From an uncultured Bacilli bacterium (GTDB lineage: Bacteria > Bacillota_I > Bacilli_A > RF39 > UBA660), in NCBI GenBank assembly GCA_947632455.1, contig CANRPK010000006.1:1-57660 (forward strand): a stretch of DNA of 57,660 nt, written 5' to 3'. Under the pieces are notes generated by a model. That model was given only the letters and a program-made list of their open reading frames with translations. It made no database searches and had not been told where the DNA came from. How positions within the stretch are numbered: the first letter of the stretch is position 1; each line of letters begins with the position of its first letter. Positions 34,266-44,611 of this stretch are shown piece by piece. The position numbers and the translations under genes were made by a program.

Positions 34266-34649
34266 ATGAACGACATACAATTATATAATGAAATAGGAAA
34301 AAATATTAAAAAAGCTCGCCGAAGTCTCGGAATTACGCAAGAAAAATTAGCCGAAATAACTAATTATTCTTTATCTTTTATAGCCAATATTGAAAGTAAT
34401 ACTTACCAAACTTTTTCTGTAAGTGCCATAAATAATATTGCTAAAGCCCTAAATACTAGCATTACTAACTTATTACCAAAAAATCCCATCATAGATGAAC
34501 CTTTAGTAATTAAATGTTTAAAATGTAATTACAATATAACTTTACCAACTGAATTAGATAAATTACTTAATAATATTCAAGAAATGACCAATAAAAAAAT
34601 AAGACTTACATGTCCTATTTGTCATCAAAAAATAAATGTTGATATCTAA
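34266..34649 (+). CDS. XRE-HTH regulator with C-terminal zinc ribbon
   Basis: NIKKARRSLGITQEKLAE; CLKC...CPIC; paralog of the preceding gene. Confidence 0.8.
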   Translation: MNDIQLYNEIGKNIKKARRSLGITQEKLAEITNYSLSFIANIESNTYQTFSVSAINNIAKALNTSITNLLPKNPIIDEPLVIKCLKCNYNITLPTELDKLLNNIQEMTNKKIRLTCPICHQKINVDI

Positions 34650-35718
34650 TTATTTTAAATTCAAAACACTTTTTATTAAAGGTAAAATATCTCCATCTAA
34701 AACCTTTAATGGATCAGCATCTTCATATTTACTGCGATGATCTTTTACTAATTTATAAGGTTCCAGTATATAACTTCTAATTTGACTTCCAAAATTAATA
34801 TTACTTACATCTCCAGTAATATTTTTTATTTCATTATTTTTAGCTTCTTCTAATTGTTGATAAAGTTTATTACGTAAAAGTTCCATAGCTATTTCTTTAT
34901 TTCTAAGTTGACTTCTTTCTGTTTGACAGGTAACAACCGTTTTCGTTGGCAAATGTGTTATTCTAACCGCCGAATTTGACGTATTTACTGATTGTCCACC
35001 CGCGCCACTAGAATGATATACATCAATTTTTAAATCTTCATCTCTAATTTCAATATTAGCCGTTTCACTAAATTCTGGTGTAACATTTACTGAGGCAAAA
35101 GATGTATGTCTTCTTTTATTAGCATCAAAAGGCGAAATTCTTACTAATCTATGAACTCCATGTTCTGTTTTTAAATAACCATAAGGATTATCTCCCGTAA
35201 TATATAAAGTTACACTTTTTATTCCTGCTTCTTCCCCAGCTTGTTTATCTATAACCTTATATATATATCCATTTTGTGTTAAAAATCTTTCATACATTCT
35301 AAGTAACATGCTTGCCCAATCACAAGACTCTGTTCCACCCGCCCCAGGATGAATTTCTAAATAACAATTATTACTATCGTATTTTCCCTTTAATAAAGTC
35401 TTAATTTCTAAATCTTCTATTTGTTTTTTAACTTTTAAAATTTCATCATCATTTATATCTTCAATGTTAATAAGTTCTAAAAGTAAAGAAACACTATCTA
35501 CAATATCATTATAAGTTGTAATTTCTTTAATAATATTTTTATATTGTTGATAAGTATTATTAGCTAAGGATAAATCATTCCAAAAATCTGGTTTATTAAC
35601 TATTTCTTCTAATCTCTTTTTTTCTAGTATTTTATTATCTATGTCAAAGAGACCTCCCAATATCTTTTACTCTTTTATTTAAATCATTAAGTAAACTTAG
35701 TTTTTCTTTTTGATCCAT
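34650..35718 (-). CDS. prfB: Peptide chain release factor 2, programmed +1 frameshift
   Basis: ATG at 35718 reads MDQKEK...IGRSL then CTT TGA C (35649-35643), preceded by internal SD GGGAGG; downstream frame has SPF and GGQ motifs. Confidence 0.96.
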
Positions 35719-35771
35719 ATTTATCTCTCCAAATTTTATATTCTAATTATATCATACAATACTTAATTATC

Positions 35772-36380
35772 CTATAATTTTCTTGATCTTATCTTAAGTT
35801 TATTATTAAATTTATTTTTTATTTCTTCTATATCTATTCCCATATCATATAATTCATATCCTGTATCTATATTAAAAACAAAATAAGAACTATATGCTAT
35901 TCTCGGTAAAATTACATAAGAACTATTATTTATATTTAATAATACATTAGGAATATTTGCTTCTTCTAAAGATATATTATCTAATACTTGATAAAAATTA
36001 GTTCCCGCCTCAAACTTTAAAACAATCGGCATATATTTTTCACCACGATAATTTTTAGCATAAGGATTTCCTAAATAAAAATGCATTACCACATATACAT
36101 CTTCTCCATCTAAACTTTCCCATTGTTCAAAAGCAAAATCATCAAGTATTTGACCTTCTTCTTCATAAGTATTTCCTTTAAAACTTAAAGCCAAATTCTC
36201 TTTTCTTAACCAATCTTTAACTCCATATATTCCATCTTTAATATATTCTTTAGGTATACCTATTTCATAATCTTCTAAATAATCTAAAATTATATTTGTT
36301 GGTACTATCAAAGTATCTAAACTTTTTCTATCCAAATCCAAATGTTCTCTTACTATATTTAAAGTTTTAATGTTTTCCAT
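35772..36380 (-). CDS. Hypothetical protein
   Basis: 202-aa ORF closely coupled to the upstream ORF. Confidence 0.6.
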   Translation of the reverse strand: MENIKTLNIVREHLDLDRKSLDTLIVPTNIILDYLEDYEIGIPKEYIKDGIYGVKDWLRKENLALSFKGNTYEEEGQILDDFAFEQWESLDGEDVYVVMHFYLGNPYAKNYRGEKYMPIVLKFEAGTNFYQVLDNISLEEANIPNVLLNINNSSYVILPRIAYSSYFVFNIDTGYELYDMGIDIEEIKNKFNNKLKIRSRKL

Positions 36381-36382
36381 CT

Positions 36383-37156
36383 TTAGTTTCTCTCTCTTTT
36401 TAATAATCGCGTATAATTATCCCAACTATCATCAAACTTCATTGTTCCATAATCATGAATATATTCTACTAATTGCCCACTTATGGTAGTTAAACTTTCC
36501 CATTTATCTGGTTCACATGCTATCTTAATAGAAATATCTTTATTAATTCTTGAACCCAATAAATTATTTATTACTTTTGTTGAAAATATTGATATATCTT
36601 CTTTTTTATCAAATAAAAATGTTATATGCCCATTATTATTAATTGCTTTTTTAAAAAGATCTACAAACATTTTTATATTTGCAAATATAATTGGCATATC
36701 TTTTATATCCTTTTCTATTCCAAATTTTACATAATTCATATAATAATCATAATAATAATTTATAGCTTCTTCTATTAATAATTTAAGTGCTTTTATTGAC
36801 TTAACATCACTATCTTTTTTCCCTTTAAAAAGATTAATATATTTAAAAATATCTTTAAATCTTTCATTTAATTCTAAATTATTTTCATCTACTTGTTTTA
36901 TAAGACTATAAATCATATTAAAAGTTAAATAATTTTCAGCCATTAAAAATAATTTGTTAGTATCTAAGTCTTTATTAACATCTATTTTAGGTAACCCAAT
37001 ATACTCTAAATATATAACTATTGGTCTATTAAAATCTACTTTTACGGCATTTAAATCTGCTAACCTTCTTAAAAAGTTAGTTCTCTTTTCATTATTATAA
37101 CCATATATAAAATAATGTCTATTATCACTTATAATTAAATGTTCTAAATAAGCCAT
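36383..37156 (-). CDS. Hypothetical protein, possibly a degenerate P-loop NTPase fold
   Basis: HYFIYGYNNEKRT at a Walker A-like position, TFLFD at a Walker B-like position; AGGAGG RBS. Confidence 0.4.
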   Translation of the reverse strand: MAYLEHLIISDNRHYFIYGYNNEKRTNFLRRLADLNAVKVDFNRPIVIYLEYIGLPKIDVNKDLDTNKLFLMAENYLTFNMIYSLIKQVDENNLELNERFKDIFKYINLFKGKKDSDVKSIKALKLLIEEAINYYYDYYMNYVKFGIEKDIKDMPIIFANIKMFVDLFKKAINNNGHITFLFDKKEDISIFSTKVINNLLGSRINKDISIKIACEPDKWESLTTISGQLVEYIHDYGTMKFDDSWDNYTRLLKRERN

Positions 37157-37178
37157 AAAACCTCCTAATTAAATATAT

Positions 37179-37514
37179 TTATTTACTCATACCCTTTGCT
37201 TGCGACATTTCTTCAATTAATCTAGCTAAAACATCCCTATTATTTAATAAATATCTATGTACATCAAATGGTATAACATTTAGAGCTTCTCCTGCCGCAT
37301 CATATAACCCTCTTTTATCTTCTTCATTTAAATCTAAAGCCCTAATTATTCTTTCTACTACATTTTCTGTTGGTAATCTAAAACCTTGTTGCAAATCACA
37401 AACGTATGGGGAAGAAAAACCTATCATTAATGCAAAATCTTTTAAAGATAAATTATACTTAGCTCTTAAATATTTTATATATCTTGAAAATTCATTTTCT
37501 TTATTATTATACAT
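37179..37514 (-). CDS. XRE-family HTH regulator
   Basis: YLRAKYNLSLKDFALMIGFSSPYVCDLQQG. Confidence 0.82.
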   Translation of the reverse strand: MYNNKENEFSRYIKYLRAKYNLSLKDFALMIGFSSPYVCDLQQGFRLPTENVVERIIRALDLNEEDKRGLYDAAGEALNVIPFDVHRYLLNNRDVLARLIEEMSQAKGMSK

Positions 37515-37525
37515 TTTTATTCTCC

Positions 37526-38467
37526 TTATCTTTTACTAAAATCCATTTGTGGTTTTTTTAAAGCTCTAGGCATATAACCTAATCTTGATACATCTTCATA
37601 TGCCGTTTGATAATCTTTACCATTTAAAAAATTTTTATAATCTTCACTAGTATATAATGTCGTATAAGAAAAATCATCTGTTTCTTCATAATATAAGTCA
37701 TTTCTAAAAAACAATGTAAAACCATCTAAATAATTTTTTAAATTCTCTTTATTAAGTTCAATATATCCATCTCTTAATATTTTTTCAGCTAGCTTTTTGC
37801 GTTTTTCTTCCATTACCATATATGCCCCAACTTTAGGACTTGGTATTTTAGGAATTCCCATTCTTTCAATTAAATTATTCCCTAAATGAAAAAATTGACT
37901 ATAAGTACAATCAACTATATACTTCTTATTGTTAACCTCTACAATACAAAAACAATGACAACCAGAACCTTCGTATAACCTCGAATGATTTATATAACCC
38001 GGTTCAATTTTTATAAACCAACACCAAATATTATTCTTTTGACAATACTCGAGAATATATTTACTAGTATTTAAACAATGATTAACTAAATCACATTGTT
38101 CCAAAGTTATCTTTCGTGCTAAAAAAATATTAATACTTAATAATAAATATTTTCTAGCTTCACTTACAATTTTATCTAAAACAACTTCATTTTCTTTTAT
38201 TTGATCTAATCTTCCATTAATCTGAATATCCGCCATTTTTGGCTTATTATCTATTATAAAATTTAAGGGAATAGCTCTTTCACATTCTAAAATAGCTTGG
38301 GCAATATCACTAAAACCATAAAAACCCGCGGCTTCTTCATAAGCAGGAGCAATACTTTTGGCAAAAGCATATGCTTCTTTTAAAAGTTTTAGTTTTTCTT
38401 CAATCGTTGGGGCTTCATATATTGCCATTCGATATTTTATCATTTTCCAACGATTTTCATCAACCAT
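37526..38467 (-). CDS. Hypothetical protein with transglutaminase/papain-like Cys-His-Asp motif
   Basis: NHC...HCFCIV...YIVDCTYSQF ordering. Confidence 0.45.
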   Translation of the reverse strand: MVDENRWKMIKYRMAIYEAPTIEEKLKLLKEAYAFAKSIAPAYEEAAGFYGFSDIAQAILECERAIPLNFIIDNKPKMADIQINGRLDQIKENEVVLDKIVSEARKYLLLSINIFLARKITLEQCDLVNHCLNTSKYILEYCQKNNIWCWFIKIEPGYINHSRLYEGSGCHCFCIVEVNNKKYIVDCTYSQFFHLGNNLIERMGIPKIPSPKVGAYMVMEEKRKKLAEKILRDGYIELNKENLKNYLDGFTLFFRNDLYYEETDDFSYTTLYTSEDYKNFLNGKDYQTAYEDVSRLGYMPRALKKPQMDFSKR

Positions 38468-38530
38468 ACTTATTCCCCCCTTTTTTTCGCTATATTATAA
38501 CCATTTTTTATTTAAATTTCAAGCCTATAC

Positions 38531-39139
38531 TTAATCTAAGTATTGTTTCAAATAATTATCAAAATGTTTTAATAAAAGATCTCCCTTCTGATTTGGTTGC
38601 CACATAAAAAAATTCATATAATAACGATCAAACCAAAACGTTATTTCTCTTACTCTTTTAGGATCTCTAGTTATATCGCCTTCAAATACTACCCAAAAAG
38701 GTAAAATATCATCAGTATCTATCCCACCAACTTTTTTGTATAAGTTTAATAATCCCGGAGTAAATAATTTGCATAATCTTTCATGGGCATTTCCTCTCCC
38801 TGCACTAGGAGCTTTACCTTCAACCCATCCATCTTGTCTCTTAATTTCGCCAAACAATATTTTCCCTGTTTTTGTATTTTCGATTGCAAAATCTGGCAAA
38901 ATACCCCATGAAACATTATCATAATCAATATTAGGATTAAAAATACTATTTAATGTATCTTCACTTAACTTTACAGATGCATATAAATTTTTAAAGTGCT
39001 TAGGTTTTTCATGTAATTTATAGACAGTACCTTCAAAAGCTTTATTAAAAACATCATATAAATCTTGCTCAGCATTTTGAGCCTTTTTTCCACTAAAATT
39101 TTCCCAATTAAGTCTATTACTTAATTCTTTTTTTCCCAT
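38531..39139 (-). CDS. Type II restriction endonuclease, MunI-like (predicted site CAATTG)
   Basis: PDFAIEN...GEIKRQDGWVEGK..SAGRGNAHER and WVVFEGDITRDPKRVREITFW match my recollection of R.MunI; 202 aa. Confidence 0.85.
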   Translation of the reverse strand: MGKKELSNRLNWENFSGKKAQNAEQDLYDVFNKAFEGTVYKLHEKPKHFKNLYASVKLSEDTLNSIFNPNIDYDNVSWGILPDFAIENTKTGKILFGEIKRQDGWVEGKAPSAGRGNAHERLCKLFTPGLLNLYKKVGGIDTDDILPFWVVFEGDITRDPKRVREITFWFDRYYMNFFMWQPNQKGDLLLKHFDNYLKQYLD

Positions 39140-39233
39140 ATAAAACTAACCTTCCAAGAAGCAAGTCAATAATACCAATATAATCAGTATCATATTCTCC
39201 CTTCTTTTATTATTATAACACCCAATAATCTTT

Positions 39234-40556
39234 TTACTCTACGCTTTCTTTCTTCTTTTTTGTAACAATTTCACTTATAAATAAATTATTTATTATTTTA
39301 ATACTAATATTTGCCTCATTATCTCTAATAATCGAAAAAAGTCCCAACCCTCTTCTATATCCTTTAGTTGAATAACCCTTATTACCTAAATCACTCATAT
39401 TAATTTCATTTGCAAAAGTATTTTTAATTTGAACAATTAAACTATCATCTGATTCTTCTAAATTAATTATTAATAATTTTTCTTTACTCTTTAAACTTGC
39501 TTCTATAGCATTATCTAAAGAAACCATCAATTTTTCCACTAAAACATTGTACCTTCGTGGTTTTAAAAATCCAAAAATATCATTAGCAATATGATTATCT
39601 AATTTTATTTCTAACTTATCTAAGTATGGATATATTTTTTCATAAATAATCCCATTTAAACCATACGGAATATCTTTAATATTACCAGTTACACTAATAT
39701 TTTTATTATTTTCCAATAATAAATCATTTAATAACAATTTAGACTTATTATTTGAAACTGATTTAATACTATAAAGTTTTGCATTCAAATTATGTCTAAA
39801 TATTCTATTTTCATCATTCATCTTAATATAAAAATCATTATTTTCTTTTAAAGTTTTTAAAAATAGATTATTTTCCTTGGCATCTAACTTGTACTTAATT
39901 AATAAAATAAAACAAATAATCATTTGACATACAATTATAAAAATTAAAAATCCTATTGTTAAATGAGTTAAATTAAAAAATATTACTACACTCATTGATA
40001 AAGTAAACATTGAAAATATAGTAAAAACTATATCAATGTTTTTTAAATTTCCTATTTTCTTATATAAAAATGTTGTAAATTTTTTAAGTTTTTTACTATT
40101 ACCAATAATTATAAGTAAAACAAAGATAGCAAAACTAAGAGCACATTCAAAATATAAACTATAAACATCAAAAGTATAATAATTATTTAAAATTGAAACT
40201 AAAAGCATTGCTATTAAATCTAAAATCGTTCCATAAAACCAAATAATAAAAACGTAAAAAAATAATTTTTTTAATGGCATCCTTTTCATCAAGTAAAACA
40301 AAATTGGATAAAAAATAAAGAACATAATATTGCCTAAATATTCAATTCTAAAATATTGTACTAAATTAATAAATATAACCCCTAAAGCAAATATAATAAA
40401 AGACTTTTTCTGAAATTTATCTTCAACATCAACAAATTTATAAAATACATAAGCAACACCCAAAGTAGATATAATACTAAATATACTCCAAATCAATAAT
40501 TCCATTTTAAACATCCTTCTTAAATTTTTTCGAAAGCATATATACTTTATCTCCAT
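39234..40556 (-). CDS. AgrC-like membrane sensor histidine kinase (GHKL)
   Basis: 6-7 TM helices, FRHNL H-box, LDNAIEA N-box, STKG..RGLGL; true start likely near 40506. Confidence 0.85.
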   Translation of the reverse strand: MEIKYICFRKNLRRMFKMELLIWSIFSIISTLGVAYVFYKFVDVEDKFQKKSFIIFALGVIFINLVQYFRIEYLGNIMFFIFYPILFYLMKRMPLKKLFFYVFIIWFYGTILDLIAMLLVSILNNYYTFDVYSLYFECALSFAIFVLLIIIGNSKKLKKFTTFLYKKIGNLKNIDIVFTIFSMFTLSMSVVIFFNLTHLTIGFLIFIIVCQMIICFILLIKYKLDAKENNLFLKTLKENNDFYIKMNDENRIFRHNLNAKLYSIKSVSNNKSKLLLNDLLLENNKNISVTGNIKDIPYGLNGIIYEKIYPYLDKLEIKLDNHIANDIFGFLKPRRYNVLVEKLMVSLDNAIEASLKSKEKLLIINLEESDDSLIVQIKNTFANEINMSDLGNKGYSTKGYRRGLGLFSIIRDNEANISIKIINNLFISEIVTKKKKESVE

Positions 40557-41199
40557 TATCTAATGTAAAATATCCATCTTTATAATTTTTCTCTTGAATC
40601 TTATCTTTATTAACTATACAAGATCTATGACATTGAACAAATCTATCATCTAATAAACTTAGTATTTCTTTAATACTTAATACCACCATATATCTATTAC
40701 TATCAGTAACAATAACTAGTTTTCTTTCCTCAGTATCCCTAAATATATATAAAATATTTCGATAATAAATACTTAATTCAGCATTATTAGCTTTATAAAC
40801 AAACATTTTATTATCAAAATTTCTTTTAAGGATTTCTTTAATATCCTTTTTTAATCTCTTGTCAAAATCATGAAATTTTTCAATAAAATCAAATACTTCA
40901 TATACACTTCGATGAACTGATTCAAACATTTTATCATGATTAGTAATAAATATTATTTCACTTTCAAAATCAACATCTCTAATCAATTTTGCGACATTAA
41001 TTCCACTAACCTTATTACCAAGTTCAATATCTAATATATATATTTTGCGAATATCTGTGTCTTTTATTTCCTCTTTTAATTCTTGATTAAGCTTGGTATA
41101 AGTTTTTATTTCATAATTAGCAATTAACATACTATTGATAATTTCTTTAGTTCGATTAATTTCTTGGACATCATCATCTACAATAATAAATCTTACCAT
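40507..41199 (-). CDS. AgrA-like LytTR response regulator
   Basis: IVDDD, ILDIEL, IIFIT, FVQCHRSCIVN. Confidence 0.9.
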   Translation of the reverse strand: MVRFIIVDDDVQEINRTKEIINSMLIANYEIKTYTKLNQELKEEIKDTDIRKIYILDIELGNKVSGINVAKLIRDVDFESEIIFITNHDKMFESVHRSVYEVFDFIEKFHDFDKRLKKDIKEILKRNFDNKMFVYKANNAELSIYYRNILYIFRDTEERKLVIVTDSNRYMVVLSIKEILSLLDDRFVQCHRSCIVNKDKIQEKNYKDGYFTLDNGDKVYMLSKKFKKDV

Positions 41200-41305
41200 A
41201 AAAGTTCAACTCCATACCTATGCCTATTGTTTACTCATAGTAATTATATTATAAATTTTACCTAAAGTCAAAAAAAACATGATGTTAAACATCACATTTA
41301 TTTAC

Positions 41306-41836
41306 TTATAGTAAACAATCGATCATATAACTTTCCTTATTTTGTAAGTAATATACTCTCCCACTATTAAAGTCTAAATTAGCTATTTTCCCATTTACTC
41401 CAAACAAAATAAGATCATTATCTACTACATTTTCAAAATATTTAATAACTTCTTCTACTTTAAAGTATTCTAGATCTAAATATATACCCATATCTAAATT
41501 AATAACCATATATGTATTATTAATCTCTATATAAGTTCTATTTTTATTAAAATAATCTTTTATATTCTTAAAAACAATTTTAATAAATCCTAACTCTATA
41601 AATATATTTTCAATTAAATATTTATCACTGAACTTAAAATAAGAATTATCTATAATTTCAATTTTATTTCCTAAAAACTTATTTTTTATTTTCTCTTTAT
41701 TAACAAGATTTAAAAATTCTTCCATAAATTTTTCTTTGTTAGTAATATACCCTTTACTAACACTTTTAAATTTTTCTTTAATAACCCGTTTTTTATATAT
41801 TAAATTTACTATATCATCAATAATATATAATATCAT
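41306..41836 (-). CDS. Hypothetical protein
   Basis: 176-aa ORF 5 nt downstream of the M23 gene. Confidence 0.55.
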   Translation of the reverse strand: MILYIIDDIVNLIYKKRVIKEKFKSVSKGYITNKEKFMEEFLNLVNKEKIKNKFLGNKIEIIDNSYFKFSDKYLIENIFIELGFIKIVFKNIKDYFNKNRTYIEINNTYMVINLDMGIYLDLEYFKVEEVIKYFENVVDNDLILFGVNGKIANLDFNSGRVYYLQNKESYMIDCLL

Positions 41837-41841
41837 AGATC

Positions 41842-42471
41842 TTAATAAAGAGCATTTATATCCATATTATAAAATTCTTCCGGATTAATTAAAGTTCCAT
41901 TATAATAAACCTCAATTAATAAATTATATTTACTATCACTTATTTTATTAGTACTTGATTTTCCTATTACTTCCCCTTGACTTAAATAGTCTCCAACTTT
42001 TAAATCTGTTTTAATACTATAATAAATTGTTTTTAAATTAGCATTATGTTCTATTTCCACGACTTGTCCTAAAAATTCATCATTTTTAATGTTGGTAATT
42101 GTTCCATCTAGTACTGTAACTACATCAAATTCTTCTTTACAATTATATAAAACACCTGTATTTTTCATATATGTATTTTGAAATGTAATTAAAGAATTTT
42201 GTTGTTCCGCTTCACTTGCTTCATTATCATAAAAAGTCTTATCAATAGTGACATTCTTATCCATAAATGGTTTAATAATCCCTGTAATAATACCCCCATC
42301 TGTATCCACGACACTTGTTGTATTATCCTCACCTAAAACATCTACCGCGTATAAATATTTTGGAGTTTCTCTCATAAAACTACTAATTAAACTAACTACA
42401 CCGAACACTACCATTAAAATAATGACATATAAAGTTGGTAACACATAACTTCTAAGTTTCTTTTGCTTCAT
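41842..42471 (-). CDS. SpoIIQ-like membrane-anchored degenerate M23 protein
   Basis: N-terminal TM; FYD..ASEAEQQNSL..FQNTY..NTG; M23 fold with metal-ligand motifs lost; follows spoIID. Confidence 0.72.
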   Translation of the reverse strand: MKQKKLRSYVLPTLYVIILMVVFGVVSLISSFMRETPKYLYAVDVLGEDNTTSVVDTDGGIITGIIKPFMDKNVTIDKTFYDNEASEAEQQNSLITFQNTYMKNTGVLYNCKEEFDVVTVLDGTITNIKNDEFLGQVVEIEHNANLKTIYYSIKTDLKVGDYLSQGEVIGKSSTNKISDSKYNLLIEVYYNGTLINPEEFYNMDINALY

Positions 42472-42522
42472 TACTTTCTCACCTTTCCTAATATTAAAGT
42501 GAGCAAGTTTTGATAATTTATA

Positions 42523-43467
42523 CTAAATTTTAGTTACTTCCGTATTTTTATAATAATGTTTTAATATTTCTTGATAATTATATCCTTTCTGAGCCATACC
42601 TTGAGCTCCATATTGACTCATACCCACTCCATGACCAAACCCATAAGTAGTAATTGTTACATTTTTATCATCAACGCTAATTTTAAAATCAGTTGACTTT
42701 AACGCTAACTTATTAAATATATCTAACCCGGTAAATTTAACATTATTAATATTAATACTTCTAACATAATTATTATCCGCTCTTACAATATTACTTATAT
42801 TTATTGTACCACAACTAATATTTAGTTTATTGCAAAAAGTATTTCTATCCATTACTCTTTTTGAAGTATAACTTTGATAAGCTTTATCCCAACTAGAATC
42901 TACACTAACTAAATAATCTCTATCTTCCTTAAAAACTGCTGAGGCTGAATCTGTATAACCATTCGAAATAGCAAAATAATAAGCTATAATAATATCTCCA
43001 TTATATGTAACTACTTCTCCCTCTGTTGCAATAACTGCTTCTTTTACCCGGTTGTAGTAATGTTCAAAATCATTCCCCCACTTTTTTTGCATATCTAAAA
43101 TACTTAAATAAACTTGATCATTTATTGTTGTACTAAGTACATAATTAGTATTATTCTTACTTTTATACATAGCAAATGTTCTTGCCGCGACTGCTTGCGC
43201 TTTTAATGCTTCCATATTAAAAGATGCTGGCATTTCGCCTGCAACTACTCCTATTACATAATCTTCTAAATCCATATAAAAAGGATCAGACTTATCTTTA
43301 TTATTGCTTATTAATACTTGTGCTTTTTCTTCTTTTTCCTCTTCTCTTACTGCCAATTCTAAATTATATTTGTCTAAAACTAGGCCTGCTACTTCTTCAG
43401 TTTTATTATTAACAACAAACGTTACCGGAATTAAAATAACCACTACTAATGCTAAAAATTTGTTCAT
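42523..43467 (-). CDS. spoIID: Stage II sporulation protein D
   Basis: LEDYVIGVVAGEMPASF.EALKAQAVAART, GFGHGVGMSQYGA, ILKHYY. Confidence 0.9.
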   Translation of the reverse strand: MNKFLALVVVILIPVTFVVNNKTEEVAGLVLDKYNLELAVREEEKEEKAQVLISNNKDKSDPFYMDLEDYVIGVVAGEMPASFNMEALKAQAVAARTFAMYKSKNNTNYVLSTTINDQVYLSILDMQKKWGNDFEHYYNRVKEAVIATEGEVVTYNGDIIIAYYFAISNGYTDSASAVFKEDRDYLVSVDSSWDKAYQSYTSKRVMDRNTFCNKLNISCGTINISNIVRADNNYVRSININNVKFTGLDIFNKLALKSTDFKISVDDKNVTITTYGFGHGVGMSQYGAQGMAQKGYNYQEILKHYYKNTEVTKI

Positions 43468-43521
43468 TTAGCCTCCTATATCTAATAATATGAAGAGCGA
43501 GTGGAAAAAATTATATTCAAA

Positions 43522-44532
43522 TTATATACTTAAAAATTTTTTTAATATTCTTTTTATTTTATTATCCCGATTACTAATTTCTTCTTTTCTTTGTTTTAAA
43601 AATTCTTTATTAAGCCATAAAGGTAATTCATTATAATCAAAATATATTCCATCTAAAAGAGTATTTAAATCTATTTCTTCTCTTAAAGCTAAATGTAAAT
43701 CTTTCCAACTAGTAATTTCAAAATTATCTGAATTAGCACTATAATTATAAGCAAATAATTCTTTATCATCTCTATCTTTTAAATAAATCTTAAACTCCAT
43801 AAAATTACCTTTTAAATAAAATTTAGAATTAGTTGATTTAACATTCATTTCACTTAAATAAAAACTGCTATAACTGGTATATAATTTCTTAATCTTTAAT
43901 ATAGTATCATCTAAATAAGGTATAGGACTATTAATTACTACATCACTAACTAATTCAAAATTAATTTTATAAGATCTATCTAATTCAATAGTTACAACAT
44001 CAGTTTTATAATTATAAAATATATTTGATACAAAATGATTTTGACCACTTAGTTTTATTAAGTATTCTATTTCTTCTTTAATACTTAACTTAGCCATCTT
44101 AAATTCTCTGGCATATTTATCATATATTTCTTTAATTTGAAAAGCATTTACTTCTTTTATATTAGCAACTCTTAAGTTTAATAATAAACTTTTTAAATAT
44201 TTTAAAAAACTATTATCCCCCGTAATAGTTAAACAATTAGCCATTTTTTTATTCCAATCTTCACATTTTAATTTTTTAGAAGCTTCCACAATTAACAACT
44301 TCTTTTTAGTTATATAATAAATTTGATAAATTATTGCATGCTTATTTTCTTCAATAATCATTTTACTAATTTTATTTATATCTGCTATTCTTACATTATC
44401 TATAATGGTTAACTCTTTTAATTTTTTACAAGTAGGTAAAGTATCTACAATTAAAACTTCCCGATTTTTTAAATTATTATAAAATGTATCTATTACTTTC
44501 CTCATAAACATCACGGTAAAATAGTATAACAA
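43522..44532 (-). CDS. Hypothetical protein
   Basis: Long ORF, no recognisable motif; start uncertain. Confidence 0.5.
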   Translation of the reverse strand: MLYYFTVMFMRKVIDTFYNNLKNREVLIVDTLPTCKKLKELTIIDNVRIADINKISKMIIEENKHAIIYQIYYITKKKLLIVEASKKLKCEDWNKKMANCLTITGDNSFLKYLKSLLLNLRVANIKEVNAFQIKEIYDKYAREFKMAKLSIKEEIEYLIKLSGQNHFVSNIFYNYKTDVVTIELDRSYKINFELVSDVVINSPIPYLDDTILKIKKLYTSYSSFYLSEMNVKSTNSKFYLKGNFMEFKIYLKDRDDKELFAYNYSANSDNFEITSWKDLHLALREEIDLNTLLDGIYFDYNELPLWLNKEFLKQRKEEISNRDNKIKRILKKFLSI

Positions 44533-44611
44533 AGTTTAAAAAAAAAGTACACATTTTTCTTGTCAATTTAATCTTTAAAAGATATAATAATAAATAGAAT
44601 AGAGGGTAAAT

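Noticed and set aside
34650-35660. prfB as a truncated gene or pseudogene starting at TTG 35660
   Set aside because: Explained by the canonical programmed frameshift from ATG 35718.
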